A stretch of DNA of 64,000 nt, from assembly GCF_009914755.1 (NCBI RefSeq), contig NC_060933.1; one strand, given 5' to 3'. Under the pieces are notes generated by a model. That model was given only the letters and a program-made list of their open reading frames with translations, searched no databases and was not told the DNA's origin. Made by a program: the position numbers and the translations under genes. Position 1 is the first letter of the stretch. Each line of letters opens with the position of its first letter. This document shows, piece by piece, positions 42,401 through 57,800 of the stretch. This DNA comes from the human T2T-CHM13v2.0 reference genome, Homo sapiens.

Positions 42401-45400
42401 AGGAATGGAATGGAATGGAATGGAATGGAATGGAATGGAATGGAATGGAATCAACGCGAGTGCAGGGGAATGGAATGTAATGGAATGCAATGGAAAGGAA
42501 TCTTCCGGAATGGAATGGAATGGAATGGAATTAACCTGAGTGCAATGGAATGGAGTGGAATGGAATGGAATGGAATGGAATGGAACAACCCGAATGGAAT
42601 GGAATGTAATGGAGAGTAACGGAGTTGAATAGAATCAATCCGAATGTAATGTAATGGAATGGAACGGAATGGAATTGAATGGAATGGAATGGAATCCAAT
42701 GGAATGGAATCAACCCGAGTGCAATGGAATAGAGAGGAATGGAATGGAATGGAATGGAAACTACCCCAATGGAATGGAATGGAATGGAGTGTAAGGGAAT
42801 TGAATAGAATCAATCCGAATGTAATGGAATGGAATGGAACGGAATGGAATGGAATGGAATGGAATGGAATGGAATGGAATGCAATGGAATGGAATCAACC
42901 CAAGTGCAATCGAATGGAATCGAATGGAATGGAATGCAATGGAATGGATTCAACTTGAATGGAATGGAAAGAATGGAATCAACACGAGTGGAATGGCATG
43001 GATTGGAATGGAATGGAATGGAATCAACCCGAGTACAGGGGAATGGAATGGAATGGAATGCAATGGAATGGAATCATCCGTAATGGAATGGAAAGGAATG
43101 GAATGGAATGGAATGGAATGGAATGGAATGGAATCAACTCGATTGCAATCGAATGGAATGGAATAGAATTAACCCGAATAGAATGGAATGGAATGGAATG
43201 GAACGGAACGGAACGGAATGGAATGGATTGGAATGGAATGGAATGGAATGGAATGGAACGGAAAGGAATGGAATGGAATGGAATGCAATGGAATGGAATG
43301 GAATGGAATCAACGCGAGTGCAGGGGAATGGAATGGAATGGAATGTAATGGAATGGAATATTCCGGAATGGAATGGAATGGAATGGAATGGAATGGAATG
43401 GAATAAACCCGAGTGCAATGGAATGGAGTGGAATGGAATGGAATGGAATGGAACAACCCGAATGGAATGGAATGTAATGGAGAGTAAGGGAGTTGAAAAG
43501 AATCAATCCGAATGTAATGGAATGGAATGGAACGGAATTTAATGGAATGGAATGGAATGGAATGGAATGCAATGGAATGGAATCAACCCGAGTACAATGG
43601 AATTGAATGGAATGGAATGGAACGGAACGTAATGGAATGGAATGGAATGGAATGGAATGGAATGGAATGGAACGGAATGGAATGGAATGGAATGGAATAG
43701 AATCAACGCGAGTGCAGGGGAATGCAATGGAATGGAATGCAATGGAATGGAATCTTCCGGAATGGAATGGAATGGAATGGAATGGAATGGAATGGAAACA
43801 ACCCGACTGCAGGGGAATGGAATGGAATGGAATGCAATGGAATGGATTCAACTTGAATGGAATGGAAAGAATGGAATCAACACGAGTGGAATGGCATGGA
43901 TTGGAATGGAATGGAATGGAATCAACCCGAGTACAGGGGAAAGGAATGGAATGGAATGCAATGGAATGGAATCATCCGTAATGGAATGGAAAGGAATGGA
44001 ATGGAATGGAATGGAATGGAATGGAATCAACTCGATTGCAATCGAATGGAATGGAATGGAATTAACCCGAATAGAATGGAATGGAAGGGAATGGAACGGA
44101 ACCGAACGGAAAGGAATGGAATGGAGTGGAATGGAATGGAATGCAATAGAATGGAATCAACCCGAGTACAGGGGAATGGAATGGAATGGAATGCAATGGA
44201 ATGGAATCATCCGTAATGGAATGGAAAGAAATGGAATGGAATGGAATGGAATGGAATGGAATGGAATGGAATGGAATGGAATCAACTCGATTGCAATCGA
44301 ATGGAATGGAATGGAATTAACCCGAATAGAATGGAATGGAATGGAATGGAACGGAACGGAATGGAATGGAATGGAATGGAACGGAAAGGAAGGGAATGGA
44401 ATGGAATAGAATGGAATGGAATGGAATCAACGCGAGTGCAGGGGAATGGAATGGAATGCAATGCAATGGAATGGAATCTTCCGGAATGGAATGGAATGGA
44501 ATGGAATGGAATGGAATGGAATGAACCCGAGTGCAATGGAATGGAGTGGAATGGAATGGAATGGAATGGAACAACCAAATGGAATGGAATGTAATGGAGA
44601 GTAAGGGAGTTGAATAGAATCAATCCGAATGTAATGTAATGGAATGGAACGGAATGGAATTGAATGGAATGGAATGGAATGCAATGGAATGGATTCAACC
44701 CGAGTGCAATGGAATGGAGAGGAATGGAATGGAATGGAATGGAAACTACCCGAATGGAATGGAATGTAATGGAGTGTAAGGGAATTGAATAGAATCAATC
44801 CGAATGTAATGGAATGGAATGGAACGGAATGGAATGGAATGGAATGGAATGGAATGGAATGGAATCAACCCGAGTGTAATGGAATTGAGTGGAATGGAAT
44901 GGAATGGAATGGAACAACCCAAATGGAATGGAATGTAATGGAGAGTAAGGGAGTTGAATAGAATCAATCCGAATGTAATGGAATGGAATGGAACGGAATG
45001 GAATTGAATGGAATGGAATGGAATGCAATGGAATGGAATCAACCCAAGTGCAATGGAATGGAGAGGAATGGAATGGAATGGAATGGAAACTACCCGAATG
45101 GAATGGAATGTAATGGAGTGTAAGGGAATTGAATAGAATCAATCCGAATGTAATGGAATGGAATGGAACGGAATGGAATGGAATGGAATGGAATGGAATG
45201 GAATGCAATGGAATGGAATCAACCCGAGTGCAATAGAATGGAATCGAATGGAATGGAATGCAATGGAATGGATTCAACTTCAATGGAATGGAAAGAATGG
45301 AATCAACACGAGTGGAATGGCATGGATTGGAATGGAATGGAATGGAATCAACCCGAGTACAGGGGAATGGAATGGAATGGAATGCAATGGAATGGAATCA

Positions 45401-48400
45401 TCCGTAATGGAATGGAAAGGAATGGATTGGAATGGAATGGAATGGAATCAACTTGATTGCAATCGAATGGAATGGAATGGAATTAACCCGAATAGAATGG
45501 AATGGAATGGAATGGAACGGAACGGAATGGAATGGAATGGAATGGAATGGAATGATACGGAATAGAATGGAATGGAACGAAATGGAATGGAATGGAATGG
45601 AATGGAATGGAATGGAATGGAGTGTAAGGGAATTGAATAGAATCAATCCGAATATAATGGAATGGAATGGAATGGAATGGAATGGAATGGAATGGAATGG
45701 AATGCAATGGAATGGAATCAACCCGAGTGAAATCGAATGGAATCGAATGGAATGGAATGCAATGGAATGGATTCAACATGAATGGAATGGAAAGAATGGA
45801 ATGAACAAGAGTGGAATGCCATGGATTGGAATGCAATGGAATGGAATCAACCCGACTACAGGGGAATGGAATGGAATGGAATGCAATGGAATGGAATCAT
45901 CAGTAATGGAATGGAAAGGAATGCAATGGAATGGAATGGAATGGAATGGATTGGAATGGAATCAACTCGATTGCAATCGAATGGAATGGAATGGAATTAA
46001 CCCGAATAGAATGGAATGGAATGGAATGGAACGGAATGGAATGGAATGGAATGGAATGGAATGGAATGGAACGGAACGGAACGGAACGGAATGGAATGGA
46101 ATGGAATGGAATGGAATGGAATGGAATGGAATGGAATCAACGCGAGTGCAGGGGAATGGAATGGAATGGAATGCAATGGAATGGAATCTTCCGGAATGGA
46201 ATGGAATGGAATGCAATGGAATGAAATGCAATGGATTCAACTCGATTGCAATGGAATGGAATAGAATGGAATGGAATGGAATGGAATGGAATTAATCCGA
46301 ATAGAATGGAATAGAATGGAATGGAACTGAATGGAACGGAATGGAATGGAATGCAATGCAATGGAATGGTATGGAATGGAATGGAATGGTACGGAATAGA
46401 ATGGAATGGAACGAATTGTAATGGAATGGAATTGAATGGAATGGAATGGAATGGAATGGAATCAACGCGAGTGCAGGGGAATGTAATGGAACGGAATGCA
46501 ATGGAATGGAATCATCCGGAATGGAATGGAATGGAATGGAATGGAATGGAATGGAATGGAATCAACCCGAGTACAATGGAACGGAATGGAATGGAATGGA
46601 ATGGAATGGAATGGAATGGAATGGAATGGAATGGAATCAACCTGAGTGCAATGGAATGGAGAGGAATGGAATGGAATGGAATGGAAACTACCCGAATGGA
46701 ATGGAATGGAATGGATTGTAAGGGAATTGAATAGAATCAATCCGAATGGAATGGAATGGAATGGAACGGAATGTAATGTAATGGAATGGAATGGAATCAA
46801 CCCGAGTGCAGGGGAATGTAATGGAATGGAATGGAATGCAATGGAATGGAATCATCCGGAATGGAATGGAATGGAATGCAATGGAATGGAATGGAATGGA
46901 ATCAACCCGAGTGCAATGGAATGGAGTGAAATGGAATGGAATGGAATGGAGACAACCAGAATGGATTGGAATATAATGGAGTGTAAGGGAATTGAATAGA
47001 ATAAATCTGAATGTAATGAAATGGAATGGAACGGAATGGAATGGAATGGAATGGAATGGAATGGAATGCAATGGAATGGAATCAACCCGAGTGCAATCGA
47101 ATGGAATGGAATGGAATGGAATGCAATGGAATGGATTCAACTTGAATGGAATGGAAATAATGGAATCAACACGAGTGGAATGGCATGGATTGGAATGGAA
47201 TGGAATGGAATCAACCCGAGTATAGGGGAATGGAATGGAATGGAATGCAATGGAATGGAATCATCCGTAATGGAATTGAAAGGAATGGAATGGAATGGAA
47301 TGGAATGGAATGGAATGGAATCAACTCGATTGCAAACGAATGGAATGGAATGGAATTAACCCGAATAGAATGGAAAGGAATGGAATGGAACGGAACGGAA
47401 TGGAATGGAATGGAATGGAATGGAATGGAAAGGAAGGGAATGGAATGGAATAGAATGGAATGGAATGGAGTCAACCAGAGTATAGGGGAATGGAATGGAA
47501 TGGAATGCAATGGAATGGAATCTTCCGGAATGGAATGGAATGGAATGGAATGGAATCAACCCGAGTTCAATGGAATGGAGTGGAATGGAATGGAATGGAA
47601 TGGAACAACCCGAATGGAATGGAATGTAATGGAGAGTAAGGGAGTTGAATAGAACCAATCCGAATGTAATGGAATGGAATGGAACGGAATGGAATGGAAT
47701 GGAATGGAATGGAATGCAATGGAATGGAATCAACCCGAGTGCAATGGAATGGAGAGGAATGGAATGGAATGGAATGGAAACTACCCGAATGGAATGGAAT
47801 GTAATGGAGCGTAAGGGAATTCAATAGAATCAATCCGAATGTAATGGAATGGAATGGAACGGAATGGAATGGAATGGAATGGAATGGAATGGAATGGAAT
47901 GCAATGGAATGGAATCAACCCAAGCGCAATCGAATGGAATCGAATGGAATGGAATGCAATGGAATGGATTCAACTTGAATGGAATGGAAAGAATGGAATC
48001 AACACGAGTGGAATGGCATGGATTGGAATGGAATGGAATGGAATCAACCCGAGTACAGGGGAATGGAATGGAATGGAATGCAATGGAATGGAATCATCCG
48101 TAATGGAATGGAAAGGAATGGAATGGAATGGAATGGAATGGAATAGAATGGAATGGAATCAACTCGATTGCAATCGAATGGAATGGAATGGAATTAACCC
48201 GAATAGAATGGAATGGAATGGAATGGAACGGAACGGAACGGAATGGAATGGAATGGAATGGAATGGAAGCAACGCGAGTGCAGGGAAATGGAATGGAATG
48301 GAATGCAATGGAATGGAATCTTCCGGAATGGAATGGAATGGAATGGAATGGAATGAAATGCAATGGATTCAACTCAATTGCAATGGAATGGAATAGAATG

Positions 48401-51400
48401 GAATGGAATGGAATGGAATGGAATGGAATGGAATTAATTCGAATAGAATGGAATGGAATGGAATGGAACGGAATGGAACGGAATGGAATGAAATGCAATG
48501 GAATGGAATGGTATGGAATGGAATTGAATGGTACGGAATAGAATGGAATGGAACGGATTGTAATGGAATGGAATGGAATGGAATGGAATGGAATGGAATG
48601 GAATGGAATGGAATGGAATCAACGCGAGTGCAGGGGAATGTAATGGAACGGAATGCAATGGAATGGAATCATCCGGAATGGAATGGAATGGAATGGAATG
48701 GAATGGAATCAACCCGAGTGCAATGGAATGGAGTGGAATGGAATGGAATGGAATGGAACAACCCGAATGGAATGGAATGGAATGGAGAGTAAGGGAGTTG
48801 AATAGAATCAATCCGAATGTAATGGAATGGAATGCAACGGAATGGAATGGAATGGAATGGAATGGAATGCAATGGAATTGAATCAACACGAGTACAATGG
48901 AATGGAATGGAATGGAATGGAATGGAATGGAATGGAATGGAATGATACGGAATAGAATGGAATGGAACGAAATGGAATGGAATGGAATGGAATGGAATAG
49001 TTCCGAGTGGAATAGGAGGGAATGTATTCGAGTTTAATGGAAAGGAATGGAATCAACCAGAGTGGAATAGAAGGGAATGGAATTTAATGGAAACTAATAG
49101 AATGGAATCAACCCGAGAGGAATGGAATGGAAAGGACTGGAATGGAATGGAATGGAATGGAATCAACTCGATTGTAATGGAATGGAATGGAATGGAATGG
49201 AATGGAATTAACCCGAATACAATGCAATGGAATGGAATGGAACGGAATGGAGTGGAATGGAATGGAATCAACCCGAGTGCAGGGGAATGGAATGGAATGG
49301 AATGCAATGGAATGGAATCATCCGGAATGGAATGGAATGGAATGGAATGCAAAGCAATGGAATCAACTCGATTGCAATGGAATGGAATGGAATGGAAAGG
49401 AATACATTGGAATCAACCCGAGTGGAATGGAATGGAAAGGACTGGAATGGAGTGGAATGGAATGGAATGGAATGGAATGGAATCAACTCGATTGGAATGG
49501 AATGGAATGGAATGGAATTAACCCGAATAGAATGGAATGGAATGCAATGGAACGGAACGGAATGGAATGGAATGGAATGGAATGGAATGGAATGGAATGG
49601 AAACAACCCGACTGCAGGGCAATGGAATGGAATGGAATGCAATGGAATGGATGCAACTTGAATGGAATGGAAAGAATGGAATCAACACGAGTGGAATTGC
49701 ATGGATTGGAATGGAATGGAATGGAATCAACCCGAGTACAGGGGAATGGAATGGAATGGAATGCAATGGAATGGAATCATCCGTAATGGAATGGAAAGGA
49801 ATGGAATGGAATGGAATGGAATGGAATCAAGTCGATTGCAATCGAATGGATTGGAATGGAATTAACCCGAATAGAATGGAATGGAATGGAATGGAACGGA
49901 ACGGAACGGAACGGAATTGATTGGAATGGAATGGAATGGAATGGAACGGAACGGAAAGGAATGGAATGGAATGGAATGGAATGGAATGGAATGGAATGGA
50001 ATGGAATCAACGCGACTGCAGGGGAATGGAATGGAATGGAATGCAATGGAATGGAATCTTCCGGAATGGAATGGAATGGAATGGAATGCAATGGAATGGA
50101 ATGGAATGGAATAAACCCGAGTGCAATGGAATGGAGTGGAATGGAATGGAATGGAATGGAACAACCCGAATGGAATGGAATGTAATGGAGAGTAAGGGAG
50201 TTGAAAAGAATCAATCCGAATGTAATGGAATGGAATGGAACGGAATGGAATGGAATGGAATGGAATGGAATGGAATGGAATGGAATGCAATGGAATGGAT
50301 TCAACTTGAATGGAATGGAAAGAATGGAATCAACACGAGTGGAATGGCATGGATTGCAATGGAATGGAATGGAATCAACCCGAGTACAGTGGAATGGAAT
50401 GGAATGGAATGCAATGGAATGGAATCATCCGTAATGGAATGGAAAGGAATGGAATGGAATGGAATGGAATGGAATGGAATGGAATCAACTCGATTGCAAT
50501 CGAATGGAATGGAATGGAATTAACCCGAACAGAATGGAATGAAATGGAATGGAACAGAACGGAATGGAATGGAATGGAATGGAATGGAATGGAATGGAAC
50601 GGAAAGGAAGGGAATGGAATGGAATAGAATGGAATGGAATGAAATCAACGAGAGTGCAGGGGAATGGAATGGAATGGAATGCAATGGAATGGAATCTTCC
50701 GGAATGGAATGGAATGGAATGGAATGGAATGGAATCAACCCTAGTGCAATGGAATGGAGTGGAATGGAATGGAATGGAATGGAATGTAATGGAACAACCC
50801 GAATGGAATGGAATGTAATGGAGAGTAAGGGAGTTGAAAAGAATCAATCCGAATGTAATGGAATGGAATGGAACGGAATGGAATGCAATGGAATGGAATG
50901 GAATGGAATGCAATGCAATGCAAAGGAATCAACCCGAGTACAATGGAATGGAATGGAATGGAATGGAATGGAATGGAATGGAATGGAATGCAATGGAATG
51001 GAGTATTCCGGAATGGAATGGAATGGAATGGAATGGAATGGAATGGAATGAAATGGATTCAACTCGATTGCAATGGAATGGAATAGAATGGAATGGAATG
51101 GAATGGAATGGAATGGAATTAAACCGAATACAATGGAATGGAATGGAATGGAACGGAACAGAACGGAACGGAACCGAACGGAGTGGAATGGAACGGAATG
51201 GAATTGTATGGAATGGAATGGAATGGTACGGAATAGAATGGAATGGAAAGAATTGGAATGGAATGGAATCGAATGGAATGGAATGGAATGGAATGGAATC
51301 AACCCGAGTGCAGGGGAATGTAATGGAACGGAATACAATGGAATGGAATCATCCGCAATTGAATGGAATGGAATGGAATGGAATGGAATGGAATGGAATG

Positions 51401-54300
51401 GAATGGAATGGAATGCAATGGAATGGAATCAACCCGAGTACAATGGAACGGAATGGAATGGAATGTAATATAATGGAATGGAATGGAATGGAATGGAATG
51501 GAATCAACCCGAGTGCAATGGAATGGAGAGGAATGGAATGGAATGGAATGGAAACTACCCGAATGGAATGGAATGGAATGGAGTGTAAGGGAATTCAATA
51601 GAATCAATCCGAATGTAATGGAATGGAATGGAACGGAATGGAATGGAATGGAATGGAATGGAATCAACCCGAGTGAAGGGGAATGGAATGGAATGGAATG
51701 CAATGGAATGGAATCATCCGGAATGGAATGCAATGGAATGCAATGGAATGGAATGGAATGTAATCAACCCGAGTGCAATGGAATGGAGTGAAATGGAATG
51801 GAATGGAATGGAGACAACCAGAATGGATTGGAATATAATGGAGTGTAAGGGAATTGAATACAATCAATCTGAATGTAATGAAATGGAATGGAACGGAATG
51901 GAATGGAATGTAATGGAATGGAATGGAATGCAATGGAATGGAATCAACCCGAGTGCAATCGAATGGAATCGAATGGAATGGAATGCAATGGAATGGATTC
52001 AACTTGAATGGAATGGAAAGAATGGAATCAACACGAGTGGAATGGCATGGATTGGAATGGAATGGAATGGAATCAACCCGAGTATAGGGGAATGGAATGG
52101 TATGGAATGCAAAGGAATGGAATCATCCGTAATGGAATGGAAAGGAATGGAATGGAATGGAATGGAATGGAACGGAACGGAACGGAATGGAATGGAATGG
52201 AATGGAATGGAATGGAATGGAATCAACGCGAGTGCAGGGGAATGGAATGGAATGGAATGCAATGGAATGGAATCTTCCGAATGGAATGGAATGGAATGGA
52301 ATGGAATGAAATGCAATGGATTCAACTCGATTGCAATGGAATGGAATAGAATGGAATGGAATGGAATGCAATTAATTCGAATAGAATGGAATGGAATGGA
52401 ATGGAACGGAATGGAATGGAATGGAATGGAATGGAATGGTATGGAATGGAATGGAATGGTACGGAATAGAATGCAATGGAAGGAATTGTAATGGAATGGA
52501 ATTGAATGGAATGGAATGGAATGGAATGGAATCAACGCGAGTGCAGGGGAATGTAATGGAACGGAATGCAATGGAATGGAATCATCCGGAATGGAATGGA
52601 ATGGAATGGAATGGAATAGAATCAACCCGAGTGCAATGGAATGGAGTGGAATGGAATGGAATGGAATGGAGTGGAATGGAATGGAATGGAATGGAACAAC
52701 CCGAATGGAATGTAATGTAATGGAGAGTAAGGGAGTTGAATAGAATCAATCCGAATGTAATGGAATGGAATGCAACGGAATGGAATGGAATGGAATGGAA
52801 TGGAATGCAATGGAATTGAATCAACCCGAGTACAATGGAATGGAATGGAATGGAATGGAATGGAATGGAATGGAATGGAATGGAATGATAAGGAATAGAA
52901 TGGAATGGAACGAAATGGAGTGGAATGGAATGGAATGGAATGGAATGGAATGGAATGGAATGGAATCGTTCCAAGTGGAATAGGAGGGAATGTATTCGAG
53001 TGGAATGGAAAGGAATGGAAAAAACCTGAGTGGAATGGAAGGGAATGGAATGGAATGGAAACTAATAGAATGGAATCAACCCGAGAAGAAAGGAATGGAA
53101 AGGACTGGAATGGAATGGAATGGAATGGAATCAACTCGATTGAAATGGAATGGAATGGAATGGAATGGAATGGAATGGAATGGAATGGAATGGAATTAAC
53201 CCGAATACAATGCAATGGAATGGGATGGAACGGAATGGAGTGGAATCGAATGGAATCAACCCGAGTGGAGGGGAATGGAATGGAATGGAATGCAATGGAA
53301 TGGAATCATACGGAATGGAATGGAATGGAATGGAATGCAAAGCAATGGAATCAACTCGATTGCAATAGAATGGAATGGAATGGAAAGGAATACATTGGAA
53401 TCAACCCGAGTGGAATGGAATGGAAAGGACTGGAATGGAGTGGAATGGAATGGAATGGAATGGAATGGAATCAACTCGATTGGAATGGAATGGAATGGAA
53501 TGGAATGGAATGGAATGGAATCGAATTAACCCGAATAGAATGGAATGGAATGTAATGGAACGGAACGGAATGGAATGGAATGGAATGAAATGGAATGGAA
53601 TGGAATGGAAACAACCCGACTGCAGGGGAATGGAATGGAATGGAATGCAATGGAATGGATTCAACTAGAATGGAATGGAAAGAATGGAATCAACACGAGT
53701 GGAATGGCATGGATTGGAATGGAATGGAATGGAATCAACCCGGGTACAGGGGAATGGAATGGAATGGAATGCAATGGAATGGAATCATCCGTAATGGAAT
53801 GGAAAGGAATGGAATGGAATGGAATGGAATGGAATGGAATGGAATCAACTCGATTGCAATCGAATGGAATGGAATGGAATTAACCCGAATAGAATGGAAT
53901 GGAATGGAATGGAACGGAACGGAACGGAATGGAATGGATTGGAATGGAATGGAACGGAATGGAATGGAATGGAATGGAATGGAATGGAATGGAATCAACG
54001 CGAGTGCAGGGGAATGGAATGGAATGGAATGCAATGGAATGGAATCTTCCCGAATGGAATGGAATGGAATGGAATGGAATGGAATGGAATGGAATGGAAT
54101 AAACCCGAGTGCAATGGAATGGAGTGGAATGGAATGGAATGGAATGGAACAACCCGAATGGAATGGAATGTAATGGAGAGTAAGGGAGTTGAATAGAATC
54201 AATCCGAATGTAATGGAATGGAATGGAACGGAATTGAATTGAATGGAATGGAATGGAATGCAATCGAATGGAATCAACCCGAGTGCAATGGAATGGAGAG
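27500..54300 (+). repeat. Long-range direct duplication: about 27.5-33.7 kb matches about 46.6-54.3 kb (offset 19.0-20.8 kb)
   Basis: Module order is collinear and rare variants are shared: AATAGTTCCGAG (29982/48996), GAACAGAACGGAACGGAACCGAACGGAGTGG (30366/51156), GAATACAATC (31235/51856), TTCCAAGTGG..GGAAAAAACCTGAG (32404/52969), TCGATTGAAA (32571/53136), TCGAATTAAC (32941/53521), GGAATTGAATTGAATG (33655/54230). Confidence 0.8.
37880..46560 (+). repeat. Direct duplication of about 2.8 kb, offset about 5.9 kb (about 37880-40700 vs about 43790-46560)
   Basis: Shared private variants: GGAAAGAAATGG (38313/44223), ATGAACCCGAG (38616/44521), CAACCCAAGT (39131/45040), AACTTGATTG (39561/45450), CCGAATATAATGG (39754/45648), GAGTGAAATC (39841/45725), AATGCCATGG (39931/45815), GAACTGAATG (40451/46324). 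Confidence 0.88.
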
Positions 54301-54879
54301 GAATGGAATGGAATGGAATGGAAACTACCCGAATGGAAAGGAATGTAATGGAGTGTAAGGGAATTGAATAGAATCAATCCGAATGTAATGGAATGGAATG
54401 GAACGGAATGGAATGGAATGGAATGGAATGGAATGGAATGCAATGGAATGGAATCAACCCGAGTGCAATCGAATGGAATCGAATGGAATGGAATGCAATG
54501 GAATGGATTCAACTTGAATGGAATGGAAAGAATGGAATCAACACGAGTGGAATGGCATGGATTGGAATGGAATGGAATGGAATCAACCCGAGTACATGGG
54601 AATGGAATGGAATGGAATGCAATGCAATGGAATCATCCGTAATGGAATGGAAAGGAATGGAATGGAATGGAATGGAATTGAATCAACTCGATTGCAAACG
54701 AATGGAATGGAATGGAATTAACCCGAATAGAATGGAATGTAATGGAATGGAACGGAACGGAATGGAATGGAATGGAATGGAATGGAACGGAAAGGAAGGG
54801 AATGGAATGGAATAGAATGGAATGGAATGGAATCAACGCGAGTGCAGGGGAATGGAATGGAATGGAATGCAATGGAATG

Positions 54880-57800
54880 GAATCATCCGGAATGGAATGG
54901 AATGGAATGGAATGCAAAGCAATGGAATCAACTCGATTGCAATGGAATGGAATGGAATGGAAAGGAATACATTGGAATCAACCCGAGTGGAATGGAATGG
55001 AAAGGACTGGAATGGAGTGGAATGGAATGGAATGGAATGGAATGGAATCAACTCGATTGGAATGGAATGGAATGGAAAGGAATGGAATGGAATTAACCCG
55101 AATAGAATGGAATGGAATGGAACGGAACGGAATGGAATGGAATGGAATGGAATGGAATGGAATGGAATGGAATCAACCCGACTGCAGGGGAATGGAATGG
55201 AATGGAATGCAATGGAATGGATTCAACTTGAATGGAATGGAAAGAATGGAATCAACACGAGAGGAATGGCATGGATTGGAATGGAATGGAATGGAATCAA
55301 CCCGAGTACAGGGGAATGGAATGGAATGGAATGCAATGGAATGGAATCATCCGTAATCGAATGGAAAGGAATGGAATGGAATGGAATGGAATGGAATGGA
55401 ATGGAATCAACTCGATTGTAATCGAATGGAATGGAATGGAATTAACCCGAATAGAATGGAATGGAAAGGAATGGAACGGAACGGAACGGAACGGAACGGA
55501 ACGGAGTGGAATGGAATGGAATGGAATTGTATGGAATGGAATGGCATGGTACGGAATAGAATGGAATGGAAAGAATTGGAATGGAATGGAATGGAATGGA
55601 ATGGAATGGAATGGAATGGAAGGGAATGGAATCAACCCGAGTGCAGGGGAATGTAATGGAACGGAATGCAATGGAATGGAATCATCCGGAATGGAATGGA
55701 ATGGGATGGAATGGAATGGAATGGAATGGAATCAACCCGAGTGCAATGGAATGGAGTGGAATGGAATGGAACAACCCGAATGGAATGGAATGTAATGGAG
55801 AGTAAGGGAGTTGAATAGAATCAATCCGAATGGAATGGAATGGAATGGAATGGAATGGAATGGAATGGAATGGAATGGAATGCAATGGAATGGAATCAAC
55901 CCGAGTACAATGGAACGGAATGGAATGGAATGTAATGTAATGGAATGGAATGGAATGGAATGGAATGGAATCAACCCGAGTGCAAAGGAATGGAGAGGAA
56001 TGGAATGCAATGGAATGGAAACTACCCGAATTGAATGGAAAGTAATGGACTGTAAGGGAATTGAATAGAATCAATCCGAATGGAATGGAATGGAATGGAA
56101 CGGAATGTAATGGAATGGAATGGAATGGAATCAACCCGAGTGCAGGGGAATGGAATGGAATGGAATGCAATGGAATGGAATCATCCGGAATGGAATGGAA
56201 TGGAATGCAATGGAATGGAATGGAATGGAATCAACCTGAGTGCAATGGAATGGAGTGAAATGGAATGGAATGGAATGGAAACAACCAGAATGGATTGGAA
56301 TATAATGGAGTGTAAGGGAACTGAAAAGAATCAATCTGAATGTAATCAAATGGAATGGAACGGAATGGAATGGAATGGAATGGAATGGAATGGAATGGAA
56401 TGGAATGGAATCAACCCGAGTGCAATCGAATGGAATCGAATGCAATGGAATGCAATGGAATGGATTCAACTTGAATGGAAAGGAAAGAATGGAATCACAA
56501 CGAGTGGAATGGCATGGATTGGAAAGGAATGGAATGGAATCAACCCGAGTACAGGGGAATGGAATGTAATGGAATTCAATGGAATGGAATCATCAGTAAT
56601 GGAATGGAAAGGAATGGAAAGGAGTGGAATGGAATGGAATGGAATGGAATGGAATGGAATGGAATCAACTCGATTGCAATGGAATGGAATGGAATGGAAT
56701 TAACCAGAATAGAATGGAATGGAATGGAATGGAACGGAACGGAATGGAATGGAATGGAATGGAATGGAATGGAATGGAATGGAACGGAAAGGAATGTAAT
56801 GGAAGGGAATGGAATGGAATGGAATGGAATGGAATCAACGCGACTGCAGGGGAATGGAATGGAATCGAATGGAATGGAAAGGAATGGAATGGAATCAACC
56901 CGAGTGCAGGGGAATGTAATGGAACGGAATGCAATGGAATGGAATCATCCGGAATGGAATGGAATGGAATGGAATGGAATCAACCCGAGTGCAATGGAAT
57001 GGAGTGGAATGGAATGGAATGGAATGGAACAACCCGAATGGAATGGAATGTAATGGAGAGTAAGGGAGTTGAAAAGAATCAATCCGAATGGAATGGAATG
57101 GAATGGAACGGAATGGAATGGAATGGAATGGAATGGAATGGAATGGAATGCAATGGAATGGAATCAACCCGAGTACAGTGGAATGGAATGGAATGGAATG
57201 GAATGGAATGGAATGGAATGGAATGGAATGGAATGGAATGCAATGGAATGGAATCTTCCGGAATGGAATGGAATGGAATGGAATGGAATGGAATGCAATG
57301 GATTCAACTCGATTGCAATGGAATGGAATAGAATGGAATGGAATGGAATGGAATTAAACCGAATAGAATGGAATGGAATGGAATGGAACGGAACAGAACG
57401 GAACGGAACGGAGTGGAATGGAATGGAATGGAATTGTATGGAATGGAATGGAATGGTACGGAATAGAATGGAATGGAATGGAATCAACCCGAGTGCAGGG
57501 GAATGTAATGGAACGGAATGCAATGGAAAGGAATCATCCGGAATGGAATGGAATGGAATGGAATGGAATGGAATGGAATGGAATGCAATGGAATGGAATC
57601 ATCCGGAATGGAATGGAATGGAATGCAATGGAATGGAATGGAATGGAATCAACCCGACTGCAATGCAATGGAGTGAAATGGAATGGAATGGAATGGAGAC
57701 AACCAGAATGGATTGGAATATAATGGAGTGTAAGGGAATTGAATAGAATCAATCCGAATGTAATGGAATGGAATGGAACGGAATGGAATGGAATGGAATG

